From NCBI GenBank assembly GCA_013239625.1, contig MU054187.1, positions 62,001-126,000 on the forward strand: DNA of 64,000 nt, given 5' to 3'. Below, piece after piece: positions 40,258-52,728 of this stretch. Both the position numbers and the translations under genes were made by a program. Each line of letters opens with the position of its first letter. Position 1 is the first letter of the stretch. Source of the DNA: Lama guanicoe. Taxonomy: Eukaryota. The notes below the pieces were generated by a model that did no database searches, was not told where the DNA came from, and worked only from the letters and a program-made list of their open reading frames with translations.

Positions 40258-40400
40258 GGGGGAGGGTATAGCTCAAGTGGTAGAGCACATGCTTAGCATG
40301 CACGAGGTCCTGGGTTCAATCCCCAGTACCTCCTTGAAAAATAAATAAACCTAATTACCTCCTCCCCAACATGAAAAAATAAATAAATGCGGAAGTTTTT
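40258..40400 (+). mobile_element. tRNA-Ala-derived SINE (camelid vic-1-like)
   Basis: GGGGGAGGGTATAGCTCAAGTGGTAGAGC...GGTTCAATCCCCAGTACCTCC followed by aaataaataaacctaattacctcc and an A-rich tail. A and B boxes are present. Confidence 0.88.
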
Positions 40401-40509
40401 CAATAAAGAAGACTTTTCCTTGTATGTAGTGGAAGGGGTCAATGTGCACACTAGGTGGTCGCCTACACATCCCACCTAGTGTTGGGAAATGTAACCTGTA
40501 ATAGCCTCT

Positions 40510-42862
40510 GCCTCAGCTTGGGCAGCTGCAACCAAATGCACAGACTGAGCAGCTTAAGCAACAGACATTACTGCTTACAGTTTTAGAGGCTGGAATTCTG
40601 AGATCCAAGTGCCAGTGTGATCTAGTTCTGCTGGGGGCTCTCTTCCCGGCCTGTAGACAGCTGCCATCTGGCCGTATACTTGTGAAGAGAGAGGGAGAGA
40701 GACAGACAGACAGACAGATCACACCCTCTGCTGTCTCTTCTTAGGAGGACACCAATCCTATTGAATCAGTGCCCCTCCTACCCCCCATTTAACTTTAGTT
40801 CCTTCCTTAGAGGCCCCATTTCTAACTGTAGCTACACTGGAGCTTCAACATACAGCTTTGGAAGACAGAAACATTCAGTCTATAATGTTCTGCCCTAGGA
40901 CTTCATAATACATGTCTTTACCACATTCAAAATACATTCATTTTATTCCAACAACCCCAAAACTCTTAACTCATTCTAGCATCAGCTCTGCAGTTCAGAA
41001 TTTCATCTGCATATCCTCTAAATCAGATGTGTGTGAGACCCAATGTCCAGTTAATCCTGAGGCAGAATTCGTCATCAGCTGTGAGCCTGTGAAGCTGGAC
41101 AAGTTATGTGCCTCCAAATACAATGCTGGATCAGGTATAAGACAGACATTCCCATCCCAAAAGGGAGGAATAAGAGGGAAGAAAGGCGTGGCAAGTCCCA
41201 AGCAAGTCCAGAAACTCCCGAGGCAAATTCTGTTGGATTTTAAGGCTCAAGGAAGACCCCCCTTTGGTTCAGTGCTCTGCCCTCCAGGCCCACTGGGGGA
41301 CAGTGTCACCCCTACAGCTCTGTTGGGCCTCTCACCCAAGGATCTCTGCAGAAGTGCCACCCCTGAGGAAGGGAGAGGGCATGGAGGCCCCTCTCTAAAA
41401 CCAGGGAGAAGAAGTCAGCCTTGCCCCGGGCCTGTGATGAGAGTGGAAGCTCTGATGATCTCTGAATCGCCTTTGGGGCCCTTCTCTCCCATTGTGAAGG
41501 GTCATGCCGGTTTGCACGATTGCTCTTGCGCTCTAGTCCATCTCCTTCTATTAAGACTGGCAGTGTTTCTGCTCCTATAATCCCATGGTTACTTTCCTGA
41601 GTGATAGTCTAGCCACACCCTTGGCGTCCTCTTCCCGACATGCTTTTTCATTTTTTTGCAATATGGACAGGCAGAGAATTTTCCAATTCTTCAAGTTCTC
41701 CTTTGTTTTTGCTTAAAATTTTCTTCTTCAGTTCATCTCTTTCCTCTTGCATTTTATTGTAAGAAGTCAGGAGGACTGAGGCTAAGCCTTTAACATTTGT
41801 TTAGAAATCTCCTCTGCCTAATGTCCAATCTCATGGTTCACAAGGTTCGTCTTCTACAAAACACTAGAAACATTCAGCCAAGCTGTTTGCCATTTTGTAA
41901 TAAAAATTGCTGTGTTAGATTGGGCTGTTATAACAAAATACCATCGACTGGGGGACTTAAACAACAGACATTTTATTTCTCATAGTTCTGGAGGCTGGAA
42001 TGTCCAAGTCCAAGTCCAAGGTGCCAGTTGATTTGGTTCCTGGTGAGAACCCCTTCCTCATTTGTAGATGGCCACCTTCTGCTGCGTCCTCACATGACTA
42101 AGAGAGGTCCTCTTTCTTGTGTCCCTACTTATAAGGGCACTGACTCCATTCATGAGGGTTTCACATTCTTGACCTAATCACCTCCCAAGAGGCCTCACCT
42201 CCAGACATCATCACGTTGGGGATTAGGGTCTCAACGTATAAATTTTGGGGGGACACAAACATTTAGTCCATTGCAGTCATTTTTCTTTCAGTATCCAATA
42301 ACTTGTTCCTCATTTCCATTTAATACCCAATAAGAATCACCTTTAACATCCATGTTTCTAGCAGACACCCTAAAACTCCTTCAGCCTCTGCCCATCACTC
42401 AGGTACAAAGCTCCTTCCACATTTTCAGGTATTTGTTACAGCAGCACCCCACTTCATGGTACCAAAATCTGTCTTAGCTCAGGCTGCCATTACAAAATAC
42501 CCCAGACTGGGGGGCTTAAACAACAGACATTCACTTTCTCACAGTTCTGGAGGCTAGAAGTCTGAGATTGGGGTGCCATCATGGTTGGCTTCACACAAGA
42601 GCTCTCTTCCTGGCTTGTAGGCAGCAGCCGTCTGGATGTGTGCTCGCATTGCCTTTACCCTGTGCTCAGCAGAGAGAGAGAGGGATGTCTGGTGTCGCTT
42701 CTTGTAAGGACACTCACTAGTCCTGTCAGATCAGGCCCCACCCTGATGACCTCATTCAACCTTAGTACTTTCTTATAGACTCCATTCCCAACTGCAGCCA
42801 CACTGAGGGTTAGGGCTTCAACATAATGAATTTAGGAGGGACACAAGCATTCAGTCCAGAGT
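40510..42862 (-). mobile_element. MaLR (MLT1A-like) element: 3' LTR ~40510-40886, internal region, 5' LTR ~42469-42862
   Basis: Two related LTRs. On the minus strand the internal part starts gattttggtaccatgaagtggggtgctgctgtaacaaatacctgaaaatgtgg, typical of MLT1-int. Confidence 0.8.
41911..42275 (-). mobile_element. Additional MaLR solo LTR nested in the internal region
   Basis: tgtgttagattgggctgttataacaaaatacc...cttaaacaacagacatttt...gggggacacaaacatttagtccattgca is similar to the flanking LTRs. Confidence 0.78.
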
Positions 42863-44539
42863 ACTCCCCCTTCTCTGGTTTGTATAAAATAAGCTTTGCT
42901 TAGGGATCTGTAGCCTTCAGGAGCCTTTGTATGCTTTCCCCTTACTTGAATTTCTTTAAAACAGGGACCTTCTGTTGCCCATTCACCCTCGACAGAATGA
43001 TACAGGCTACCCTGTAGAATGAATCATGGTGGCATGCCTGGTGGTAGCCCTGGGACACGGTGACCCAGGCGGCTGGCGTGCACTGGTTAGTTCTGATTGT
43101 CCGTATTGCTAGGGGCTATGAAGTGTGTTCCAGTCGCCTGGTCAGTATTGTCTAGTCTTTTTTTTTTTTTTCCAAAGATCTGGGTTTCAGATTTCTGCTT
43201 CATGCTTAGAATTATTGTGGCTTTTGGTGGAGAATATTTTAAACTGGGTGAAAAGGCAAAAAAATGTAAAATCAAGAAGTGAAAGCACAATTGTTTACAG
43301 TTCAGTAAGCAGTTGTGGTTAAGAAATGTGTCTGTTCATCATTGCCAGATGACTTAAAATTTTATGGGGGAACATAAATTTTAAACAAAGAATAATTGTG
43401 CTGTTTACAGGGTAAGATGTAAATTTCTTCAGAGTTTAGTTCTTGGGTATTATAATATAGCTCTCCTGCTTAGAGCTTTATGAATTTTACCATGAAATTA
43501 TCTGTGAAATGAATCTGATGGTAGCTTGCAACATTTACTCAGAAACTAAAATTTTGATTTACCAAGCATTAATAATAATACAGTAATGTAGTTAATTAGA
43601 GACTCACTAATTGAATAGTCAACAGGAGCATAACATTGCTGGGTGTTTGGGATCATTGGTAAAATTAAGCATAGTTGTAACCTCACAAAAGAAAAGATAG
43701 TATAATTATGTACAGATAAATACAACTCAACTTTCAGTGCATGTTCTTTAAAAAAAAGTGGTACAGTACAAATAGTGAATAGATAAAACATCATTTGGAT
43801 TTGATTTCGGACTGTATTGTTCATTTATTTTTCTTTTTGGAGCATCACTTGAATCACAGTTTAATGTGCATCCTTTGGGTGCATATCATATCCAGTTGCA
43901 GTGACAGAGGTAGGTCAGAAGCATCTTGTTTGGCAGTGAATGAAGAATATAAAAATAGTCCCCAAAGTTCTTCACATTAATTTGTTTTATTAGAGTTCAT
44001 CCAGCTCATATCTATTTTGTTGGTACTCATCCAGGTACAGAACAGAGTTCATGGTTTAAAAGAGAAAATTATTCATTTTGTGTGTTAAAATCTTGATAAA
44101 AGGAGATGCAGTGATGACATAAAGGAGAGTGGTAAACTCTGCTGGATGGAAAAGGAGAGCTGTGTCCAGCCAGCTCACCAGGGAGATGGTGATGAAACAC
44201 TTGAAGTGTGGGTATAGAAATAAAGATCCTTGAGTAGAGCTGTTTAACTTGAGGCTAGAACAGTGAAAAGTTACTGGTAACAAAGGTATTACTAAACAAT
44301 GGATGGTTGTCTAGATTTTTTTCGGTGGATAACTGTTGAAAGGTTCAAGAACAGGGTAGCTGTCCTTAAATGTGCATGTAAAAAGATCACTGGTGCTGGG
44401 CCTTGTGAATGATAGATCATGACAGTCAGGTACCAGACTGAGGAGGTCAGTTAGGGCCAGCCTGTTGTGATAACTAAGAGGCATACCCAAAACTGACATC
44501 TTGATTTTGCTGTTATATCCCCTGTGTCCTGTCCCCCAG

Positions 44540-44571
<32 letters not shown>
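44540..44571. repeat. (CA)n(GA)n microsatellite
   Basis: Read directly from the sequence. Confidence 0.9.
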
Positions 44572-45783
44572 AACCCGCACATCTAGAAATTGTCCCTGTC
44601 TCAGTAAACATGTACTGAGTTATACTTGCTCAGGCCAAAAACATTGGAACCTCATATCCCTCTTCCAGCCCATAAACAAGTGCTATTTGTTCTGTCCTCA
44701 GAGAACATCTAGTTTCCAGCCTTTCCTCACGGCCTCTGTTTCCACCCCCTGCCCCTCCGGAAGCTACCACCACCTACCCTGGACTGCTGCAGTGGTCTTC
44801 TGACTGGTCTCCCTTCGTCTCCCCTTGTGCCTTCAGTCTGGCTCTCAACAAAGCAAACCATATGCCTTCCTCACTGGCTTCCCATCACACTCCGAGGAAA
44901 TAGCTCATGACCACACAGTGAGGCTAGGCCTGATTTCTCCCGGCCTGACTGCTCTGCTCTGATCTCCTACCCTGACACCCAGGCTCAGGCAGACTGCTTT
45001 CAGTCGTGGCCAGAACAAAAGTCATCTCTTCCTTGAAGAGGTGGAATGAACTCTTGGGGAAAGCGAAGACTTCTAGTGCAGATGTTCAGGTTACCAGAAC
45101 ACAGTCCTCTTTCTTACGGCATTTGAAGGGCCTAATCAGACATGAGAATTAGTACAAATTAGTCAAATCACTTGACCTTTCGACTAGGAGTATTCTCATT
45201 GAAACATATTCCTGCAACTTGAGCCAGGCATTGGACTCTGTTTATACAGCTGTGCTAATAATACAGATTTGTTGATTATTTTTAACTCTTAGACTCAGAC
45301 TGTGGTCAGAGCACAGGGATTTGGCATAGGTTATAGGACACATTGTGGATAAACGTTCACCTTAACAATGGAAATGGAATTATGTGGATTTAACTTGTGT
45401 GGTGTACTGGGGAGGAGGCTGTAGAGAGATGCGTAAGCCAGGAGCTCCAGGCCGCCTATCGAAAGTTAATAGAATAGAATATAGAGTTGGTTAAAGATAC
45501 TATTTAAAATTTCAATAACAGAAGCACCCTAAATAAGACCATTTTGGTACCAGATACATTCATTATTTTGGGAGGAAAAAACTTTTTAAGGTACCTTTTT
45601 AAAAACAGTAAATGTGAAATGATTGTATCTTGGGAATTTGGAGTGAGTGCTGCAGAAGAATTATAATTACAGCTGGTGGCAACCAGGTCAGAGTATCTGC
45701 TTAGGACAGAGGTCCTCTCTGCACAGGAAGCAGGTGATCTCCATCCCTGACCTTTGCTATGCTGTCTTGCCCCACTACCCCAG

Positions 45784-45786
<3 letters not shown>

Positions 45787-45817
<31 letters not shown>
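45787..45817. repeat. (TG)15 microsatellite
   Basis: Read directly from the sequence. Confidence 0.9.
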
Positions 45818-45821
<4 letters not shown>

Positions 45822-48800
45822 TGAGTGCACACGTGCACGTGATGCATGAGGCCTAAGGAAAAAAGTAATGGTGGGCACCTGTTGATGATTTGGCCTGAAG
45901 AAGAGAAAAAGTACCAGTTTCAGAGGATAGTAGGACATATATTGTAAAGCAGGACACTGTATGGATTAGCCTATTGGAAAATCCGTGAAGATAGAGGGTA
46001 ATAATACACGGAAAATCCCAAATTATTCTGTGGTCAATGTTTGGATAATTCAATGAGACAACTTAAAAGTGCAACAGCTATATTGTAAAAAGTATTTCTA
46101 AAAAAATTGCAGGTGTTTCTGTCACTGTCGGAGGACGATTTCAGTATTTCTCTCCACATTCTAGCTTGTTTCACTTGGTACTTTCTTGTGTAGTGTTTGC
46201 TAATTCCTTGTGTTGTATTTCTTGTATAAGTATTGGTGAAAATTGTACTCATAATGTATGTATATTAATTCAGCAACATAACCCGCTGAGAAGGGCTGAA
46301 ATTGATGTGCATATAAATAGACACTGGCTACCTGTATATTTCAAAATAAATAAATAAAGTCATTTAATCCAGGAGTCACAAATACATCCTGTTCTTATAT
46401 CATTTGCTAGATTCTTTTGTGGCTTCTTGTTCTTTTAAAATCAAAGACTTTTTAATTTTTTTAGAGCAATTAGCTGATAAAATAAATCACTCATTCATGC
46501 ATTCTTTGGGCAAACGTTAGTCTGCAAGTGAAGTATTTTCCATTTTAACTACAGAGTGTTTCATCTGCTCAACATATGTGTGGGTAGAAATGACTAGACC
46601 CCATGGTGTATTTTCTCTGTGAGTCTTCTGTTCCTGTGTCTTAACCACTGTGGTGCTGTGTGGTATGTCTGTGCTCTCCTTTTGGTCTTTGGGGCACTTC
46701 CTCCTCAGCGTTTGGTCTTTATCAAATTCAACTTTTCCTTTTCAGTGTTGAAATCCTGGCTGTATCCAACCAGCGCAAAGTGCCACTGGAGTCCATTTCT
46801 CAACCTGATGTGCTTTTTTTTTTTTTTTAACATTTAGACAAGTCCTGTATTTTAGCATAATAATGTAGAGAAAAAAGCATCCTCAGTTTCCTGTCTTTAA
46901 CTGTCGTTTACTCTAGAGACATTGCAAGTCAGGGACTTGTGAGGATACTCAGTTTTGAGCATAAGACCTGCTAGTAATCCTCTTTGACCTTAAGAAAGTC
47001 ATGTGAGCAACTAACTTGTTCAGTTTTCTTATTTGTCAAAAAAGAAGATTAATATCTTCCCGACCTATTTCATAGGGATATTGTGGATCAAGTATGATAA
47101 TAGATTTGAAAATGCCTTGAGAAGTTAATATAGTGACAGTGACTGTGATGACAGTGGCTGCTGTTCCTGCGTCAGTGACGGACCGGGCCCTGCACTGGGG
47201 GCTTTCTGTGCTCTCTCATAATGTGTGCAGTGTTCTTGAAGATTGCTAGTAATACTACCTCCATTTTAAAAGGAGGATACTCTTATAAGAAAGATACGTG
47301 TGGATGAGATAATTGAGGGTTTCAGAGGGAAGGGATGGTTGCCTCTGGCTGGGACTCAGGAAACACTTCCTGGACAAGGTGACACTTTGGCTGAGTTTCA
47401 CAGCATTTGTGGAAAATGTTACCCCACTGTCATAGAACGGCCTCTTATGTACCCTCCGTCTAATTGCAAAATAGTCTTCTTTTTTTGGAAAAAAAAAAAA
47501 AACAGGATCTTTTGTGCTCAGATTGAAAGCTTGCGTCCAATACATAACTCTCAAAACTCCCAGGCTTTTTCTCCCTCAGATGAAGAAGAGATGATGCTGC
47601 TTTCTTTCTCCAGGGAGGTCAGCCCTCTGTCTTCTCAGGCTTGTGGCAGGTCCTCTGGGAGGGACTTCAGAGTTCTTCCTGGAGAGCGTGGTGCTGTTGG
47701 CAGCCCTGTATGCAACCACAGTGGCGCTTCCAAGCCCGTTTAGTCGCCGGGCATGCTGTGCTGATAGTCAAATCAGGGCTCATAGTTGTTAGAACATTGT
47801 CAGGAGTTCTCATAAAAATCTTCAAAGAAACTGCGGTCAGTAGCAGTATGACTCATCTGAGACATACAGGTATTTCTGCTGGCATACTGTTTATGTCTTT
47901 ATTGCAGTGTCTTGCCTTTTGTAAAATCTGTCAGGGTCTATGGGGACTGTACGGTTGGGGGCAGACCACTGAAAACCTATGTCACTTTTTAATCAGAGCC
48001 GCATACGGCAGGGATTGGTCCCTGAAGGGAGAGCTGTGCTGCCTGAAGGGAGAGCTGTGCTGACAGGGTGGCCCTGGCCACATAAGCCCTAGCAGGGCCG
48101 TGGAGCTCTGGACAGTGGCTGCTGCCGGTGGCTGAGTACGGTGTTGGGGGTGAGCACAGAGTACAGGTGCAAGTTTAAAAAATTCCTAAAATAGGTCCTG
48201 AAATGCTCCTGTGGCTAGTGCAGCCCCTCAACCTAGGTCTTCCCCTTTGCTGCTGATAAAGCTAACTCTCTATGCGCCTCCTGCCCCAGAGGAGCAGTGT
48301 GAGCACCACAGTGACCCCACCTGTCTCGACTTCTCCTCCTGTTCCCCAGCTGAGGGTGAGCTACTTTTCACTAAGGACACACCTGTGGTGGCAGAGCAGG
48401 CCCAGTCCTCCCTTCGTAGTCAGGGCCTTTCTTTACAGTGTGTTTTCACCCCCCACCCCCACCCCATAGTGACTGGTGGAGCTTAGCGTCATGCTTGTTT
48501 ACGTCTTCACCTCTTCTGTTTCCTTCTTACCTGAAGAAATCATCTCAGGATAGACACATACCTCAGAAGCTGTAGTTCCACATAGTGCTCAGGGGAGGTG
48601 CCTGTCCTTGCTTCACATGCTAATACTTCCTGCTGGCACTCAGATAGAGGAAGGCGTGGAAAACAGGATTGAGTGGAAAATGACTGGAGAAAAGTGAAAG
48701 GGAGAAAGAAATGGAAGTGATATTAAACTGTATAACCAAAACCTTTGCACAATTTAAATATTAGTTTTTATACTCACTGAGCTAAAGTGGTAATGGAACT

Positions 48801-48919
48801 CATATTGGTGTCTGTTATTAGCAGGGCTCTTGTCTCATTCAAGTCATTTATTTTTTCAATTAAAAAACAGAGAGTAATAGAAAAATCTAAGCATATTCAC
48901 CATCTAGAATTAATAACAC

Positions 48920-49812
48920 TTTTTTTTTAACTGCATAAAGCTTTATTTTTCCCATTTGGTCCAAGGCTTGGGAGAGTTGTTCCAGGGTGGTTAAAAAGCT
49001 GCCTGGTGGCTGCAGAGAGAGGCTTCAGGCAAGAGCCCCGACACCAGAGCGGCTTCTCAAAGGCCACTGGCTTCCAGAGGCTCCTAGTGGTGCTGAGGGT
49101 GAGCCTTTCAGAGAGATACTCACCCAACCCAGCTGGAGACCACCCAGCCTGTGGAGGTTAGTCAGGTGGTTGCCCATCTTCCTGATGAGTCTCACCTCCT
49201 TATCCAGGAAGTGGCTCTCCAGGAAGTCACAGAGGTGGGGTCTATACGGGCAGAACCCAGGACATGCGGATCCAAAAGGGCCTGGTTGAAGTTCTTTTCC
49301 ACGAGACTGGTGGCTTCCATGGCATCCTGGGTTTTACCCCCACTCACCTTGGGACGGCTCCTGCACATCCTACAAGAGGGCGCCACTGCACGCTTGTTTT
49401 GCATTTTCAAGAGATGCTTGGTGCCTTCACCCTTCTCCTCCTTCAAGTCATGGAAACAGTGGCCCACACCCTCCAGAGCCACATCGTTGTGGTCGAAATA
49501 GAAGCCCACAGAGACGTAGGTGTAGGAGGCCCGCGGATGCCTGTGGACAGGGTGGTTCGCCGTAGCCTCCACCTGGTGGAATAATTCTGATGAATCTGGG
49601 GGCTCATGGTTGATTGGTAATAAGGAGCTTAAGCTCAGAAAATGGTGTTAGTTGGTCCCAGAGGCAGAGAGTAGCAGACTGGCTGGTTCAAGAGGTTACA
49701 ACTGGAAGGAAGGTGGAAGGGTGGTTGGAGTCTGGAGCAAGAGGAGTCCCTGGGTCTGTTCCATCCAAACACTATTGAAGCAGGAGACAGATCCACGGGA
49801 CCACCTAGCACA
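48920..49812 (-). pseudogene. FTL: Processed pseudogene of ferritin light chain (FTL), with 5'UTR, frameshifted CDS (49607-49084), 3'UTR and poly(A) remnant
   Basis: Minus strand begins ATGAGCCCCCAGATTCATCAGAATTATTCCACC (MSSQIRQNYST-like). Fragments include [35 protein letters not shown] and GEYL..RLTL. No introns, several frameshifts, AATAAA at 48942-48947 and an A-run at 48920-48928. Confidence 0.95.
49758..49788 (-). promoter_or_regulatory. Iron-responsive element (IRE) relic in the FTL pseudogene 5'UTR
   Basis: Minus strand GTCTCCTGC-TTCAA-TAGTGT-TTGGA-TGGAAC follows the FTL IRE stem with bulged C, but the loop is TAGTGT instead of CAGTGT. Confidence 0.85.
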
Positions 49813-50998
49813 CTACCTGACACATGTTAATCTTCTGTCTCTTTGCTTCTCATATTTTTATAACAAACAACATGACAGATAAGTTTGAACCCCCTGGATC
49901 CCTTCCTGAGGCAAACTCCTCTTTCTCTCATGATTCAGCACTTGTCATGAGTTTTCTGTGTGTCCTGCTAGTCCACATTTATGTGCTGTGTGACATATGT
50001 ATCTGTAACAGTATTGTGTTGGTCTCTGTGTTTCAGAAAGATGACATTATGGGTGTTAGACTATACATTCCTTATTTACCCCTCTTGTTTTTGGGATCTC
50101 TCCAAGCAGATACATGCAGATGGGGTCCACTTGCAGTAGCTTCTATAGAGTGTCTTGTTCTGAGAACCCACCACAGTTTACCCATCGCCTGCTGATCAGT
50201 GCCAGGTCTAGTTTCCTACTCTTACAAACAACACTGAGATGTGCAACCTTGTCTAGATCTCCTAGACATGTGACAGACTTCCTGGGTGCATATCTGGCAT
50301 TTCTGGGTTATAGGCTATACATTTATCTCATTTAATTTTTAAAAATGATAATTGAGGCAAGTGGTGTGATCCCCATTTTACACATGGGAAAACCAAGGTG
50401 TTGAAATGCTGTGTAACTTGCCACTGTAATTAATAAGAGGGTCAGTCATCAAATCCAGATCAAATTCCACCCATTTAAACTAGAGCCCTAACTCAGCTTT
50501 CCCCAGAAGTCCTCAACTTTCAACCTCTGTGATTGTTAGAACACTTGGAGCTGGGCAGTCCTACTGTGCCATTTCCAAGTAGACAGTCAGAGCAGGTAAT
50601 GAGGTGGAGGGGGCATGAGAGAAAGGAGGAGGATCTGGACATACTCACTTTGTTGTGAATTTTGAAAGGGTTCAAGTTTTGGAGTGAAAACATGCTTTGT
50701 GAAATGATGGATCTGAGTTTTCTGTATATGTAAGACTATTTCTTTGTGATAGAAGATGATTTCTTATGTTGCTTAAAATGCATATATTAAATAAAATGCT
50801 CAGATTATTTTGATTTTAAGAAAGGTGTTACCATGAGCATGTTAGAGTCTGTGTTTTACTTTGTGAAGTATAGAGACCATTTCCTCCAGGTGAAGAAAGC
50901 TGTCTGAAGATGATTCTTTTTCATGATAACTTATTCACACTTAGCCTATATGTCTTTTAGACTCTATTTTTGCTTTTGTTCTCATCTTCACCTTCTAG

Positions 50999-51212
50999 GT
51001 AGAAAGTCTGGTGTATTAGCTGTGAAAATTCTAGAGCTGCATGAGGAATGCACTATCCAAGTCGCCATGTGTGAGCAGTTATCAGGGCTGCAGGCCGACA
51101 GCCCTTCTCAAGGTGGGGCCGCCAGGACTAGCCTGAAGGTTCTTTTCACCAAGGAGACTGCACGCTGCCTCAGGGGACGTCCACAAGACATCATCCACAT
51201 CTACCCTCCTTG
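50999..51212 (+). CDS. SPIDR: SPIDR internal coding exon (214 bp; recalled as human exon 8 equivalent)
   Basis: Long pyrimidine tract and TAG end at 50998, donor GTGAGT starts at 51213. G+GT gives Gly, then RKSGVLAVKILELHEECTIQVAMCEQL...LKVLFTKETARCLRGRPQDIIHIYPP(W), matching SPIDR. Confidence 0.95.
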
Positions 51213-51959
51213 GTGAGTGAAAGGAACCGATCCCAGCAGTCACCAACTATGAGTTTGTCTCAAAAGACATTTTTATCAGGAACATTTTTGTCACTTGATT
51301 ATACAGTAATGCCAGGGGAAGGGAGCCAGTATTCAACATAGATTTTATGTAACAGAAGCTCTGAATTGTTTCTGACGGCTCGTTTGCACTTCTGGCAGGA
51401 AATTTTTGATAATTATGGAGGACTGGGGGAGGTGGTGAGGAAGAAACAACCACATCAAAATTTCTGCCTAAGTGGTGTGTTACAAAATCTGGCTGTTTTT
51501 GTTTTTATCTTTCTTAGAAATATAATTTTAGTAAGAGGCATTATGTTGACAACAGGATAATACTACACATTAATTTAACATTTCTTTGATAATTACTTTA
51601 GGGGATAAAACCATAAATTAAGACATAATAGGGTTTGATCTTCAGAAATGTAAGTGGCCATTAGTGGATCAGAAATTACTTTTAAGGATACTGTGTTTCC
51701 TTCTCTGTGGGATGTTAGTTTTTAACCACAAAAAGAAGTAACTCTTACTACTTCTGAGGGAAAGTTTGAGCAGCCTTGTTTTAAGGGCTAACTATGCATT
51801 TTATTAGCAGTTTTTAAGTTTCACTCATCTGTTAAATTCTTAGGCTTGAAGTCAACTTACAGGTCTTTAAGATCTCTTTGTTGTGTCCATAGTGAGTGAT
51901 CGTCAGCTCTAATTAAATTCTTCCACTAACAGGCTGAGGATATCAGAGGGTAACTTGCA

Positions 51960-52460
51960 TTATTTTATTTTATTTAAATTTCTAATACATTTGTGTTAAT
52001 CAATGTGAAACACATATAGGATCATATACAGATTATGAGTATACATTTCATCAAATAATCACAAAGCAAATACATAATTTCTGTCCAGTCCAAGAAATAG
52101 AATGTAGTCTGTACCTAGGACCACCCTATCTTTCTCCCATTACCTCCCTCTCCCTCCTGCCCCAGGTGGCCATTATCCTGACCTCTGATGCAGTAGACGC
52201 CTTCAGATGTTTGAGAACTTGATATAAATAGAACTATACAGTAATCATACAATATGCATTCTCTTTTGCCTGACTACTTTCACTTAATATTATGCTTGCA
52301 AGATTCCTTAGTTTTGTTGCATTTGGTGATTTGTTCATTTTCATTGCTGTATAGTATTCCATTCTATTAATTTATGCACTTGATGAATCTGTTCTTTTGT
52401 TGACAGATAGTTGATTATCTTCAGTTTGAGGATATAATGAATAATGTTGTAATTACCACC
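51960..52460 (-). mobile_element. Old L1 (L1ME-like) 3' fragment
   Basis: ctttcacttaatattatgcttgcaagattc...cattgctgtatagtattccatt. Confidence 0.6.
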
Positions 52461-52541
52461 TGTCACTCTGTGTATCTTACTCAAGAATACAGTGCCATTA
52501 ATTATCTTTTCTCCAAAATTTCCTATCATTCTATTTTTTTT

Positions 52542-52728
52542 TTAGTGGGAGTCCACTGGTCTGTCATCTAAGTGGCCACCCAATTCTTTTTTTGGGGGGT
52601 GGAGCTAATTAGGTTTATTTATTATTTTTTAATTTCTTATTTTTTAATTGGAGGTACTAGGGATTGAACTCAGGACCTCAAGCATGCTAAGCAGGCACTC
52701 TACCACTAAGCTATATCCTTACCCCCAG
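52542..52728 (-). mobile_element. tRNA-derived SINE (vic-1-like) with 16-bp TSD and extended tail
   Basis: Reverse complement of the 40258 SINE family, flanked by tcattctatttttttt at 52526-52541 and 52729-52744. Confidence 0.88.

Noticed and set aside
40262..40333. Bona fide tRNA-Ala(AGC) gene
   Set aside because: It has stem mismatches and a SINE-specific tail shared with the copy at 52587-52728, so it is a SINE head.
40912..41580. Longest ORF in the window (222 aa)
   Set aside because: It lies antisense within the MaLR internal region, has no recognisable domain or splice context, and is most likely a chance ORF.
49084..49607. Functional ferritin retrogene
   Set aside because: Multiple frameshifts split the FTL similarity across frames, starting within the first ~12 codons.
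48905..49830. TSD around the FTL pseudogene
   Set aside because: Only a 4-nt match (acac) is visible, which is too short to claim.
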